From the human T2T-CHM13v2.0 reference genome, Homo sapiens, in NCBI RefSeq assembly GCF_009914755.1, contig NC_060936.1: a stretch of 64,000 nucleotides of DNA. One strand, 5' to 3'. Position numbers and translations under genes: made by a program. Each line of letters starts with the position of its first letter. Position 1 is the stretch's first letter. The notes beneath the pieces were generated by a model. That model was not told where the DNA came from. It did not search any database and saw nothing but the letters and a program-made list of their open reading frames with translations. Of the stretch, positions 39,601 through 53,302 are shown piece by piece.

Positions 39601-40851
39601 TTCCCTAAGCCTTTGAATCTCCTCCGCTGCATTAAACCAAGGCAGATTTGGCTTTCCAGTTCACTCTCTGTGGGCTGCCTTTTGGTCTGTGTTTCAGCCA
39701 ACCTACTAACCAAACCTTTAGAGCCATCCCTAACTCCCTAAGCTACAATGTTAAATACAGAATTTCTTTTAGTGAGACCATATTAATAAATTCAGCCTGA
39801 TTCAGCTTTATGCTTTTTCCACCGTTATCCTACACTCTCAATATCCATTCTCACACAAGTTCCCAGATTTCTGTCTGTATAAATTAACAAAACTCAAGTC
39901 ATTCTTTTAGAGTGTAGTATACCTCATTATGGGTAACACTTTCAGCCTCACCTTTAGGGTCCTGCTGGGCCTTGAGTCTAGTTATAGGTCTAAAAGCAAA
40001 GGGAGTTGTAGGGTGGGTCCTAAGGAGAACCAGCAGTTGTCTTGTATGACTATTGCCTCAGGGGAGGCAATTATAATTTCCCTAGGCAATATAGACCTCT
40101 TTACCCCACTTCAGATTGGGGTGGAGAGGCCTCTTCTACTGACAAAGAAGACTCTTCAGAATTTAGAGGCTCAATGTCCCCAGCTTCATCAGGGTCTTCC
40201 CACATGTACCCATTCCAACATACAGGGTACCATGTTTTTTTCCCAGTCAATGCCCTCATTTTAACAGTAGACACCCTGCAAGGCTGGAAGTTTAACTTGT
40301 GTTGTAATTCAGCTAGTTTCAAGTTGAGATTCTGTGTTGGATTTTCAAAAGTCTCAACCCTACAATTACTGAAATAGGAGACTCCTTCAGGGTTCACAGA
40401 AGTTTTCAGAGTATTTATGCAGTACTTGAGCTGGCAATCCAAATCCTTGGGTTCATCCTTTTCTTTCACCACTTTGTCTAGTGATGTTAGGAGCAATCAG
40501 CCAACCTCATATTTGTTAGTTTTCCAAAAATATTTGAAAGTATCATAAGTACAGTTCCCTATTCTTTGCTTCTTATAAGTGGTTGATTAGGAGGATCCAT
40601 TGGAGATATCTTGTATATATCCATTGCCAGATCACACCATGGGCTATCAGTGCTCTATTTTATTGCTAGAAACAGAGTCCTTAGCATTTTCAAACCTAAT
40701 CCGATTAGAGAACCAATTCCAGAAACCCCAGAAGCAATTCAGAAAACTCATCCTTAAAATTCTATTCCTTTAGAAACACTCTTGTTACCAAAATATTATA
40801 TATATTATATATTCTATTAGTTCTGTTACCCTGGAGAACTCAGGCATATAG

Positions 40852-40896
40852 AAAGATAAGATAGATAGGTAGATAGATAGATAGATAGATAGATAG
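40852..40896. repeat. (GATA)n tetranucleotide STR in the MLT2 LTR region
   Basis: atagataggtagatagatagatagatagatagatag. Confidence 0.9.
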
Positions 40897-41562
40897 AGCA
40901 AAGAATAGGTAACTGTATGTATGATACTTTCAAATATTTTCGAAAACTAACAAAGATAATGAGATTGGCTGTTTGCTACTGATGTCACTGGACAAAGTGG
41001 TGAAAGAAAAGGATGAGCTCAAGGATTTGGACTCCCAGATCAAGCACTGCATAAATAATCTGAAAACTTATGTGCACCCTGAAGGAGACTCTTATCTCCA
41101 GTACAGTAGATACAGATTTACATATATACTTAAATCTATTCTATCTCTGTCACTCTCTATCTATTTATCTAGATTTATTATAAGTAATTTGCTCGTATAG
41201 TTATAGTGGCTAACAAGTCCTAGGATCTATAGTGAGCAAGCTGGAGACTCGGGAGAGCTGGTGATGTAAGTTTTAGTCTGTGCCTAAGCCCAGGGGCAGG
41301 AGAATATGATGTCTTAGCTTGAAGACGGTAGGACGGAGAGAGCAATTCTCCCTCGCTTTGCCTGTTTGTTCTACTTAGGACTTTAGCAGACTGGATGAGC
41401 CCCATCTACATATGGGATAGCAATCTGCTTTACTCAATCTGATTAAAATGCTAATCCCATCCAGAAAGCCTTCACAGACATGCCCAGAATAAAGTTTAAT
41501 GAAATATCTGGGCAACACGTGATCCAGTCAAGTTGACATATAAAATTAACCATCACCCTTAC

Positions 41563-42790
<1,228 letters not shown>

Positions 42791-43689
42791 GTTCTCACTT
42801 TTCCCTGAATGTGTTATGGTTTGCTTGTTTATGAGATTTGCATATTTCTGTTTGTAATATTCTTTCCATTCATTCTTCCAGTTTAGATGCCACTTTCTCT
42901 GTAAGGCCTACACTGACTTTCCTCATATATATTTATTTTCCTTTGTAATTATTTTTTAATGACTCTAGTTTTTCATGACACCAAATTGTAGAGGAAATTT
43001 TTGTTCAAAAATCTGCCTCTTCACATAGACGGTAATGTCTCAGAATGCAGAGATTATATCTTATGCATCTTTGCATCCATTCAATAAACAGTTGTCAAGC
43101 AAATGCTTTTCTATTAGAATATTAGCAAATTAAGGGTGTGGTTGTGTCCCAGAACATAGCACAGTGTCTAGTAATCGTTTTCTAAAGGAAAAAAAAAAGC
43201 CAAGATTCATTGACAGTAATTACTCTTAAATGTCCACAGTAGTCAAATACTAGGTAGCATGCACAACCCAGTTAACATTTGATTACGATAAAACTTGGAC
43301 CATATCTGAGCTTTTCTATCTATAAATGTTTAAACCATACCAGCTGACTAATATAAGACAAATGGAAAGTTGAACCGAAGTGAACATTTATGGTTAAACT
43401 TTAGGAGAGGGTTGAAGACATTTGGATTCAAAGGCTGGGTCAGTTTGCATTGGAAATATGCTTGGAATTTATTGCAGCTGCTGAAAGTGGGATAGCCTGG
43501 AGGTGTACAGATTGTGGAATGACAGCTGTTTTGTGGAGCAATAAAATTGAGGTAGCTCTTCTTAGTGTCAAGTTCTCCTTATCAAGAACGCTGAATTTTT
43601 TTTTAAGTCTGTATGGCAATATTCTAACTAATTCTCCTCAGGGAAATCTCATCAAAGAACTATTTATGGATTCCTTACATCTGAATTCT

Positions 43690-43836
43690 CAGTCTTGCTT
43701 GTGCATTACAATTATTTGCAGAGTCTTTTTTCAGACAAATAAGCCCAGGCTGCACCTTCAGAGGTTCTGATTCAGCAAGTGTTTTTGTAAAGCGTTACAA
43801 GTGATTCTGATGCCTGGTCAAGAAGGAGGACCACTG
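43690..43836. mobile_element. MER5A-like fragment
   Basis: cccaggctgcaccttcagaggttctgattcagcaag...aagtgattctgatgc...gaccactg. Confidence 0.6.
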
Positions 43837-44814
43837 AAATAGAGTCACATTCCAGTGAAGAACTGTATTGTGAATTATTTATTCTCCAAAATCCAAATTG
43901 ACTGAAATCTTTAGTGCTTATGAAATTATTAGAGAACTGCACATTAAAAAGGAGTCAAGCTCTTTTTTGAGAAGGTCCACATTATGTTATGATTCATCCA
44001 TTAGAAAGAAGCACTTTGTTTTCTGTAGTGCTGTACGAGCTAAACATTCATTTATGTGGACGATTCCCTGAGTTTCAGTTGTTGAACTTCAGACTAAGCT
44101 GTGAGATAATGATGGTTGTACCCTGAGGTAAGCACTAAGAAACGACCTGTTTACTGAAGTAGAGAGGGAAAACACAGCATTTGGCACTCCTAGAAGAAAA
44201 CATGATCAAACCCAATTTCTAAATATATGGAAACTATTAAATTTCCAGATTTAAAACATTTTATCATTTATTTTAATTTTTGAACCTCAGGAAATACTCC
44301 TAATGGTATAGCAGAATACGATATAATTTTTGGATTCTGTGTTAACACATAATAGATTAAAAACAATCTTATGTCACTCTGAGTACCTCTTGCCTTTATA
44401 TCTTTTTAGCATTTATTTATCTAGCTTATACTTTATTATTTTACCTTAAAATTATTTTTATTTTCTCTGTATATTTACTCTTTAAAGATAGTGGTATCCT
44501 TTCCTATCTTGTTCCTTTTCCTTCTTTTATTTCTTGTAAGGACATTCTATAGTAGGTCCTTTTCTTTTTCTACCTGCATATTTTGAGAAGAATCAGGCCC
44601 TTTTACAAACATTAAATTTGTACCAGAAGAACTAGATTTGAATCCATATGCTGCCATCCACGTGTGACCTTACTCAGTTTCTTTGAGGCTCAATTTTCAC
44701 AATGTTAAAACTCCTTTCAATGGTGATTATAATAAGGGCTCCCCAGAAATGTAGGATGATAAGTGCAGAGGCCCCATATCCATAAGGCCTGAGCATATTA
44801 ATTCTTGAAGTCAA

Positions 44815-45017
44815 TGATCAGATGAGGAGGAGTAGGGCAAGGGAGTTGAGGGTATATTTAAACAAGTAATTTTTGTAAGGAGAGAAGTGTAGTGATATAG
44901 GTAAGGAGACAATACGAAAGTGATAGCGACTGTCAGTTGCTTGGAGATCCCAACAGGAATAAAGAAGTTTTAGACTGAGGGTTTCTAAGACAAGTGTAAG
45001 AGAAAGGCAGGAGATGG
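44815..45017 (-). repeat. Diverged direct copy of the L2-derived segment 42343-42542
   Basis: Colinear shared blocks gggagttgagggta, gtaaggag(g/a)gaagtg, gtaaggagacaat, ggagatc(t/c)caacaggaat(g/a)aagaagttttaga, caagtgta. Confidence 0.85.
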
Positions 45018-45724
45018 AGTCCCATCTTTCCTTTGTAAGGAATCCTTGGGAATACAGTTCTTTCCAGGGTGCCTGGATCCTTGGTCTTGTTTCTACAGTG
45101 TCCAAACAATTGCAATTTTCAAATTTTAAAACTCTGGACATATGCCCTAGGATTGTATTTTAAAGATACAGTGGGAAGTAAGACATTTTATGAAGGATTC
45201 AAATGAATCATTTATAAATCATTCTTTTGTCTCCAACTGAAAGAAACTATCCTGAATTAGGACATAGCCTGCTTTCAGTAAAGCATTTTACAATTATTAT
45301 CAAAGTCACTTTACAAATATTTTATCAAAGGTATTTTACAAAGCCATTTTACAAATATTATTAATTGCACCCCTGTTGACTCTCAAATACATGCTCAACA
45401 GTCAGACAGATTAGCTTTCTTAGTCAATAACACCATCAACATACAGGTCGCTCTAATCTCCAGGATCACCTTTGTCTTTTGCATTGAACACATATCAGTC
45501 TTTGGTTTCTTTCTTAATGTCCTAGTGCCATCCCTAATACAGGGCTTCACCTTGCTTATCTCAGTTGCATGGCCTCTACCCTTCTAGTCCCTCTCTATGG
45601 GGTTGGATTATCTTTTCCTTTACTCCAACGCTGGGTGGTTTCTGAATGCTTGCTGCATCTAGGTCAAATTTCTTGCCTGACATAAAGCTCTCTATTATTT
45701 AATCTCTTCTGTTTTGTCTACCAC

Positions 45725-46080
45725 TGATATGGTTGGTTGCTGTGTTCCTACCAATATCTCGTCTTGAATTGTAATCCCCACATGTCCAGGGAGGGAGGTG
45801 ATTGGACCCTGGGGGGTGGTTCCCCCATGCTGTTCTCATGATAGTGAATGAGTGCTCATGAAACCTGAGAGTTTTGTAAACTTCTGGCATTTCCCCTGCT
45901 TGCACTTCTCTCTCTTGCCTGCCATCATGTAAGATGTGCCTGCTTCCCCTTCCACCATGATTGTAAGTTTCCTGAGGTCTCCCCAGCCATGCAGAACTGT
46001 GAGTCAATTAAACCTCTTTTCTTTATAAATTACCCAGTCTCAAGCAGTTCTTTATAGCAGTGTGAGAGTGGACTAAGACA
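45725..46080 (+). mobile_element. THE1C/D-like solo LTR
   Basis: tgatatgg...ccatgctgttctcatgatagtg...gagtcaattaaacctc...ggactaagaca; perfect TSD accac at 45720-45724 and 46081-46085. Confidence 0.92.
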
Positions 46081-46801
46081 ACCACTATCACCTACTACTT
46101 TCCAATGAGAGAGAAATTCCCACCCCCACCACACGCCAGGCTGATTACTATCTCACTACACCCAGACAGATGTCTGACACTACTATTTTACATGTGGAAA
46201 TATTTACTATGGTCACATGTGGAGTCCAGGCTTTTTCTCATCTGCCTCTGCACATTTTAGAAACACATGAAGGTTCAGGTTAAGTTATAATTCTCATAGG
46301 AAGGTTTTCCTTTCCCACCAAAAAAAGGCACAAAGGAACTTTCTTGCTTTCTAACTTGATAAGTGTCTGTTATCTTTTCTCTTCATTTAGGCAACTACCT
46401 CTTATTTATTATCTGTCTCATATCAAGAGGTTTTAAGGTAACATTTTTGTAAACCTCTTGCTACATCAATGAATCTGTAGGCTACCTTAGAGCGGAAATT
46501 GTTTGAGTCTCAGATCTGCAATTTGCTACCTAGGACCCTAAAGCAAGTACTTAAATTTTTTGTTTGTTTGCTTTGTTGTGATGTTTAATCTCTAAAATGA
46601 GGACAATATTAAATAATACTACTATCTATCCAAACTATGACACAGGATTGCTACATATGACTCATGAAACTTTGCCATTGAAAACACTTTGTAAATATTG
46701 ATCATATACACATATTTAAGGTATGTTAATTTTTATTGTTTTCTGTCTGCCAAAATGCTAGTACAATGGTAACTGAAGAGGAATTACTGTAAAGTCATAT
46801 A

Positions 46802-46844
46802 TTAAGTTGGTGCAAAAGTAATCGTGGTTTTTGCCATTGAAAGT
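46802..46844. mobile_element. Half MADE1 (Hsmar1-derived MITE)
   Basis: TA followed by ttaagttggtgcaaaagtaatcgtggtttttgccattgaaagt, i.e. one arm plus spacer. Confidence 0.85.
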
Positions 46845-47883
46845 TACTTAATAACGGAATTAAAGTAATTCTAGTTGGTGTCTTTGATATACTAACAGAC
46901 ACCCATAAAATTATAGCTCTCATTAGCATTAGGGTTTATTTTATTAAAAGGATGAAAGGAGTATTAGCCATTATTAAAAATTCACTGAAGCATTCATGAT
47001 AATATGGTACACTTCCACTGGTTTTATGTTGTAGTGTAGGCATTCAGGTTTCTATTACTCCAATATAGTAGTCGCTTATTTGAACTGGTAGTTGGAAATC
47101 TGAATTTGTCTGACTACCTTAGCAACAATGGCAGGAGTAAAGGTATAAATGGACTCATCTTTACTCTGATGATTCAGTAACTTTCCTGACCCTCACCTCT
47201 TTCCTCTGCATGATGCAATTCTTTACATAATGAATAACTACACACTAATAAACTTTATTATATGTTCCCAACTAGCATCTGCAGGAAGTCAGATTAAATC
47301 CTAGGTGAAGTTCTCAATGGAATCTCAGCCTTTGATCACACCACCAATGTTATAATTTTAGAAGTGTGACAAGATGATTAGAGCATTTAAAAATCTTGGT
47401 ACTAGGCACAATACAAAGTTGAAAGCTGCCATGAATTTTGCTGCTTAGGCAGGCTATCATCCTTTGAGGCACTAATTGACAAAGAAGTAGAATGTTAAAT
47501 AAAGGAGTTGAAATTCAAATAAAGAAGAATACAGCATATTTGGAATGCTGTCAAACATGCTGTGAACTTTATTAGGCATTAGATATTGACCCAAATTAGG
47601 AAAAAGTGAAAAATGTAAGGCCTAGATTTAATAGTGGTCTCATATATAACTGCAAGTAGTTTTATAATTATTTTCCCATCTGCCATATTTAATGTTAAAT
47701 TTAAAAATGAATAATGATATTTCATAATTTCATTAATATACTTGAGTTAAAGATGTATATATATTTTACTGAATAAACATCCTGGGAGAATTGTGGGTCA
47801 ACATGAGGATAGTTGTTATATCTAAAATAGGATGGACCAAAATGATGTCATAAAGCCACCACCACCATCATCACCAATATGGC

Positions 47884-47970
47884 ATAAAATACCATTAAGG
47901 AATAAAATACCATTAAGGATGACATTCAACAAAATTTTAAAGTGGAAGGAAAAATTTTAAAGTGGAAGGA
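47884..47970. repeat. Two adjacent perfect tandem duplications (18 bp x2 and 20 bp x2)
   Basis: ataaaataccattaagga x2 (47884-47919); aaaattttaaagtggaagga x2 (47931-47970). Confidence 0.95.
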
Positions 47971-48306
47971 AGGAAGCTGTGTGCTTCCTTCTTGTTGATT
48001 CCAACCTTTTCTAGGCTTTGGTGTCCCTTGCTATTCAGTATTTGTCACTGCAGCCCCTCTCCATCTTTATCCAACAGTTAGACTTGCTCAGTGTCTCCAT
48101 TTCCCTGAGAACTAGTTATCAGTTTTCAGACTCTAGAGTGGGTTATTGATGTATGTTATGTTACCATCCCTCTTCCTTCCTTTATATCATTTGCTTTTCA
48201 GTAGGATCTTTTTATTGCATAATAAGAATATAATAACAGTAGCCAATTTAATAGCAGTTACTATGTGGTAGGCTTTATTCTAAGTGCTTTATATATAAAC
48301 ACATTT

Positions 48307-48607
48307 TTTTGTTTGTTTTTTATACAAGGTCTCACTCTCTTGCCCAGGCTGGAGTGCAGTGGTACAATCATGGCTCACTGCAACCTTGAACTCCTGGGCT
48401 CAAGCAATTCTACTGCTTCATTCTCCCAAGAAGTTAGGACTACGGGCTTGTGCCACCACACCTGGCTATTTTTTTATTTTTATTTATTTTTATAGCGATG
48501 GAATCTTGCTATGTTTTCCAGGCTGGTCTCAAACTCCTGGCCTTAAGCAATTCTTTGACAGCCTCCGAAAGTGCTGTGATTACAGGTGTGAGCCACCACG
48601 CCTGGCC
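48307..48607 (-). mobile_element. AluJ
   Basis: caatcatggctcactgcaaccttgaactcctgggctcaagc; TSD tatataaacacattt (48292-48306) / tatgttaacacattt (48608-48622). Confidence 0.92.
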
Positions 48608-48641
48608 TATGTTAACACATTTAATCCTTATACCAACTTTA

Positions 48642-48777
48642 CCCGGCTACTCGGGAGGCTGAGGCAGGAGAATGGCGTGAACCCGGGAGTCGGATCTTGG
48701 AGTGAGCCGAGATCGCGCCACTGTGCTCCAGCCTGGGCGACAGAGCAAGACTCCGTCTCAAAAAAAAAAAAAAAAAA
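48642..48777 (+). mobile_element. 5'-truncated AluY (right-arm 3' part)
   Basis: gctactcgggaggctgaggcaggagaatggcgtgaacccggg...gagatcgcgccactg; CpG-rich; pure A tail. Confidence 0.92.
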
Positions 48778-50399
48778 GTTACATACTAATATTATATCCA
48801 TTTTACAGATCATGGAACCAAAGCACAAAGACGCTAAGCAGGTCATAAAGTAAGAAGTGGCAGAGTCAGGGTTTGGAAACCAGACAGTTTCACTCCAGAG
48901 TTCCTACTCTGAACCACTAAGCTATCCTGCCTGAACATGGTGGTGGGGGATATACAGGATATAATGAGAAATGCCGATGCACTGAAGTCATAGACACCTA
49001 TTCAAATCCTGTCTCTGCCCATTGTGGGGCAGACACTGGTTGTGTGGCTTCAGCAATATATTTAATTTCTCTGAAATTAATTTTCTAAGATGTAGAATAG
49101 TGACAGCAGTACTTACATTCAAAAGCTTATTGTACATAAATAATGCACATAAAGCATCTACCATGAGGGTAAAGCATGCTTCATATGTTTAAGTGTATGA
49201 GTGGGTGGAAATGAGGAAGATATTTTTGTGCAATGGGATTTTGCACAACCATTCAGCTGCCCTTCTCAGTCTGTGTATAGAGCGGCCAATGTGGAACACT
49301 TGCAGCAGCAGTGTCAGATAGGTCAGCCCAGTGTTGTCAGTCAGAATTGGGAGAATGTTAAGAGCAATGTGAACTCAAGAAGCAGAGGTGACAGGCAGCA
49401 TACCTACAGACTAGAGGATACCTAGGTTATAGTGTGCATGAGATCCCCATATTGACAGGCATTTGTTGGTAGCCAACTTTTAGGCAGAGATGATGAAGTT
49501 ATTAAGCAGAGGTTTATGAAGGAGGTTGTGGCCTGAAACACAAGTATATATGATATACTTACTTTCTATGTAAGGATAAAATTTACTCATACATAGAATA
49601 TAGAAATCCCTGCAAATGTTTAAAACCGTCTTCATGTTTGATGTATCAGGTTAAAAGTGACATACTTTTGTATACTTCTTCCATGTGGTCCCCAAATATA
49701 AAATTTGAGCTTTATCTATTTTTTCTTTATGTGGGTAATACTTTTTAACTTTACTTGCTTAAAGATAAATCTGTGAAGCAGCTCCATTCATTTTTCTTTC
49801 TAATTTTGTAAACATCAGGAAAGATGTTATATGTAAAAGATTGTCGCATTTAAGGAACAATGTCAAGAAATTCACATCTGCCAAATGATGTCATGAAGCC
49901 TGCTCTCAGAAAAAATAGCTACTTTCCAAGTATTGATATTGAACCAGCAATACTTAAAATGTTTATCTTTCAAAACCAAACTCCAGTGGACAAAATGAGT
50001 CTGTTATTTTAAACATTATTTGGAAAGAGTTAGCATTAAGAACATTTTGTAACTGATACATGTCATTAATAGTTTACATTAGCTTCCCGCATAAGGGAAG
50101 ATACTATCATACTTTATAAATAGGTCTTGTGGGAAAATCGCTTCTTCCTTGAGGTTAAACAATCTAATATACATTTTTAATGTAGGAATAGTTTAATGCA
50201 GTTTGAAAGGTAAACCATGTGAGGTTGTAACATGCCAAAACCCCAAAATCATTCATGGTATGTTAAAAACTCATTAAATGTGGTCTCCATAGTTTCTGGG
50301 ATAAACACAGAAGCTAGAGAATGTATTTACAAGACTAAAAAATACTGCTCAAAGTGAAAAAGCAGACAATGGCTAAGGGAGATAAATTGTCATGTGGGA

Positions 50400-50600
50400 G
50401 AGAATATTTAGGTGTAAATAAATTCTAATAAAGTTAAACATATGAAAGATTATAACAGGCAGGTGACAGTGATTACCAGCTCCTTTCCTAATTCATTAAG
50501 GATGGAAAAGGAAGTGGTTTGAAATTGCAGTAGGAGAGATTTAGGTTAGATATCAGAAAGAACTTCCTAACAGTCAGGTTGATCATTTTTTAAAGAGCTC
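50400..50600 (+). mobile_element. L3/CR1 fragment
   Basis: ggagagatttaggttagatatcagaaagaacttcctaacagtcagg. Confidence 0.6.
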
Positions 50601-50645
50601 CTTAGAGACATTTAAGAATGGGATACAAACCTTTTCTCCAGGGAT

Positions 50646-50788
50646 TTGTTTTTCTCATTGTTTTTGAGACAGGGTCTCCCTGTGTTTCCCAGGCTGGTCT
50701 TGAACTCCTTTCTGAGCTCAAGCAATCCTCCTGCATCAGCCTCCCAAGTAGCCAGGATTACAGGCATGTACCACCACACCTGCCAGCC
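50646..50788 (-). mobile_element. FLAM_A-like Alu monomer
   Basis: gagacagggtctc...ccaggctggtcttgaactcct...cagcctcccaagtagccaggattacaggc; single arm. Confidence 0.85.
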
Positions 50789-52699
50789 CAAGGCTGATTT
50801 AAAAGCAGTTGTACCCAATCACAGTGACATTATTAAGATCGTGTTCTGAAATCTTTTTTATGTTCATCACTGAAAGTTGGTGTGTGTGTGTGTCTGTGTG
50901 TTTAAAGTGAATAGATGTGACTCATGATTACAAAATAAAGCAATTGATTCTACAGCACAGTAATGAAGCTAGGTGGCATGGTAAAACTCAGATACCTTGT
51001 GAAGATGCAGAGTGATGAGAGACTGTCAGAAATCCTTAGTTCATGGAAACTAAGTCCTGACTTTGAGGTTAGTTTAAGTGAAGCAGTACATTGGTAGAAC
51101 CACCTGTTTTTATGAAAATCAGAAAAAATCCCCTTTGCCGTAGAAAATATCCTTTCAAAAACTAAATTTATAAGTAAAATAGGAAATTAGAATACTTCTT
51201 AAAACAAACAGAATCCAAAGTGTATCGGTAAGAACTTAGCTCTCTCATTGTCCTTGCATCCAAATAAGGAAACAAAAACATTAAAAGGCTGAGTGGATTG
51301 TTCAGGTTCCTGTAACTTCCTAGTGGCAAAACCAAGGATAAAACCTGTAGTGGCTGCTGTGGTGCACTGCTCAGATGCCTCCTCCACAGCCCTCCTCCCC
51401 ACCACAGTTTTATGTCTGAGACACTCATTCCATCTGTCGACAGCTGGGAGTGTTAGTTGCTGAGACAAACAGCCAATTTCCTCTCCAGGAATTATCTTCT
51501 TTCTCTGGGCACTGTCCTCTGCCAAAGGGAGTTGCCTTGCCTAAGTTTATACCTCCTCCCTAGGCTAGGGGCAGCCTCTGTGGAAGGGGAAATTAGAAAA
51601 ATCAGCCTCTTTACCTCAATTCAGGACAACCCTGAAGGGTCATTTCAGCTCCAGAGCTCCCTCAGATAGCAGCTGAGGTCTTCATTTCAATTACATCACC
51701 GTTCAATTTCTCCTGTTCACTCACTTCTGGTTTCATTACTCTGTCACAGGTTTGTCCTGTTGGTACTTCCCAAAAAACTTCCTGCATGCAATCTACATCT
51801 GAGTCTGTTTCCTAGGGAGCTGGACCTCAGTTAGTCAGTGCCAGGAACGCTCTGAGGTTTTGGAGCTAGATTATTCATTGGCCAGCTGGTAAAGAGGATG
51901 TCAACACTGTAGTAAGTGGAGGACTGAATGCCTCAAGGATGCTTTATTGGTCCAGTTAATATACTCACTGTTGGTGACTGGGAAGGGATACTACTGAAAG
52001 ATAATGCACAGAGGGTTTTGGAGTAGTAATTATCGTGAGTCAATGAAATCAGATGATTCTTCGTGAGTGTTATCAGTGCATTGGAAAAAGACAAAGACTG
52101 AGGGTCGTTAAATTACCAACTTAAGGTCACTGTGGAAGTTAGAGTGTTTCTTAGGCAGGATATAAGGACTCTCTCCTTTTTTATGGCTATAGGAGAGGCA
52201 TTGTTGAGGATCACATACAAAATTTAATTATAAGGCTAGTGAAATTTCAGAAAAAGTGGAATTCCAAACTCTGGCATGTCTATTCTACCAAGATCAGGGC
52301 CCTGAGTGAGAAGGAGCAAAATGCTGAGGCTTGAGATGGACACCTGGATGGAAACCTCTTAAGATCCAGATTGCCCTGAATCCGCAAGGGCCTGCCAAAG
52401 TGGGCCACTCCTCCTTATTAAAGGCTAGAAGACCACTTTCCCCCACCCTTTGCTTGAAGATAATACAGAAGGTTTTTTCTTATAAAGCTTTTACATCAGA
52501 GTCTACTGCCAGCTTGCTTGCAAAGACAGATGATCAAGAAACTGAAGGAAGACACCCCAATAACAAATCATGTCTTGTTTCTGGATCTATGTCAGAGTTG
52601 GAATCTACTGACTAAAGGAGTGTCTGGGTCCCCATGAGGAAGAAATCTACGATATCATGATGAGTATATGTAGCCATACTCCAATTACTCAGGATTGCA

Positions 52700-52782
52700 T
52701 TATGGCCAGTAGCTACCATATTGGATACAGCTGAAGTATAACATTTCTATCATCAGAGAAAGTTTCTGAACAGTACTGCTCT
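52700..52782. mobile_element. MER3-like fragment
   Basis: gtagctaccatattggatacagc...aacatttctatcatcagagaaagtttct. Confidence 0.6.
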
Positions 52783-53302
52783 GGAGTATGGGAAGACCCC
52801 AAGAAGATTTAGAGTATTTCTATATTGGTGAATTTTTTAGGGGTTCAGTAACCTGGGGAATGCAGGGACATTTTCTCCAAAGTAAAAGGAAAATTATTGT
52901 ATCTTGCATTTCCCACCACAAAGAAGAATGCAATGCTTTGTAGATCTCTTTGAGTTTTAAATGCAGCACATTTCACACTAAAGAATCCTGCTCTGCCTAA
53001 TGGCAAACTGATATGTACAGTAAAGACCTACAAAGGCCTTGGTCACAGAGGCTTAGGCCTCTCAGAGACTGGGGTGTAGGTTAACCCAAAAGGTAAGTCA
53101 TGTAGACCAACAGAAGTGTTAGCTGTTGATGAGGAAAATCTAAAATGGGTAAATGACCAACCAGAATCTGGAGTGGCCATTCTCTGAAGGATGAACTCAC
53201 TATACAAAGTAAGTAGATCCAAACAGTAGAATTAATGCTATGGCACCCTATCCTGAGCCCTCCTTCAGGAGCAAGGCCCTCAGTCTCTCAGCTGTTGGGA
53301 GT

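Larger units (their letters stand above)
35397..41557 (-). mobile_element. ERV-L (HERVL-like) provirus with MLT2C/D-type LTRs, inserted in an L2; defective
   Basis: 3' LTR ~35397-35874; PPT (rc of agttcaccccttgtc); dUTPase/IN-end remnant in ORF 36595 (IPLNWKLRQPPGHF); RT YIDD at 38003-38014 and LPQG near 38100-38113 on minus; WGPEQ; gag remnants ~39200-40500; 5' LTR ends at 41557; perfect TSD cttac at 35392-35396 and 41558-41562. Confidence 0.92.
48230..48925 (-). mobile_element. MIR carrying two Alu insertions
   Basis: tactatgtggtaggc...tctaagtgcttt; tttaatcct; tccattttacagat; agtggcagagtcagggtttg...actccagag. Confidence 0.8.

Noticed and set aside
44735-45150. Possible hAT MITE (agggc...gccct ends) that captured the duplicated L2 segment
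   Set aside because: Terminal match is only ~5 bp with no 8-bp TSD visible; unsupported without a Dfam search
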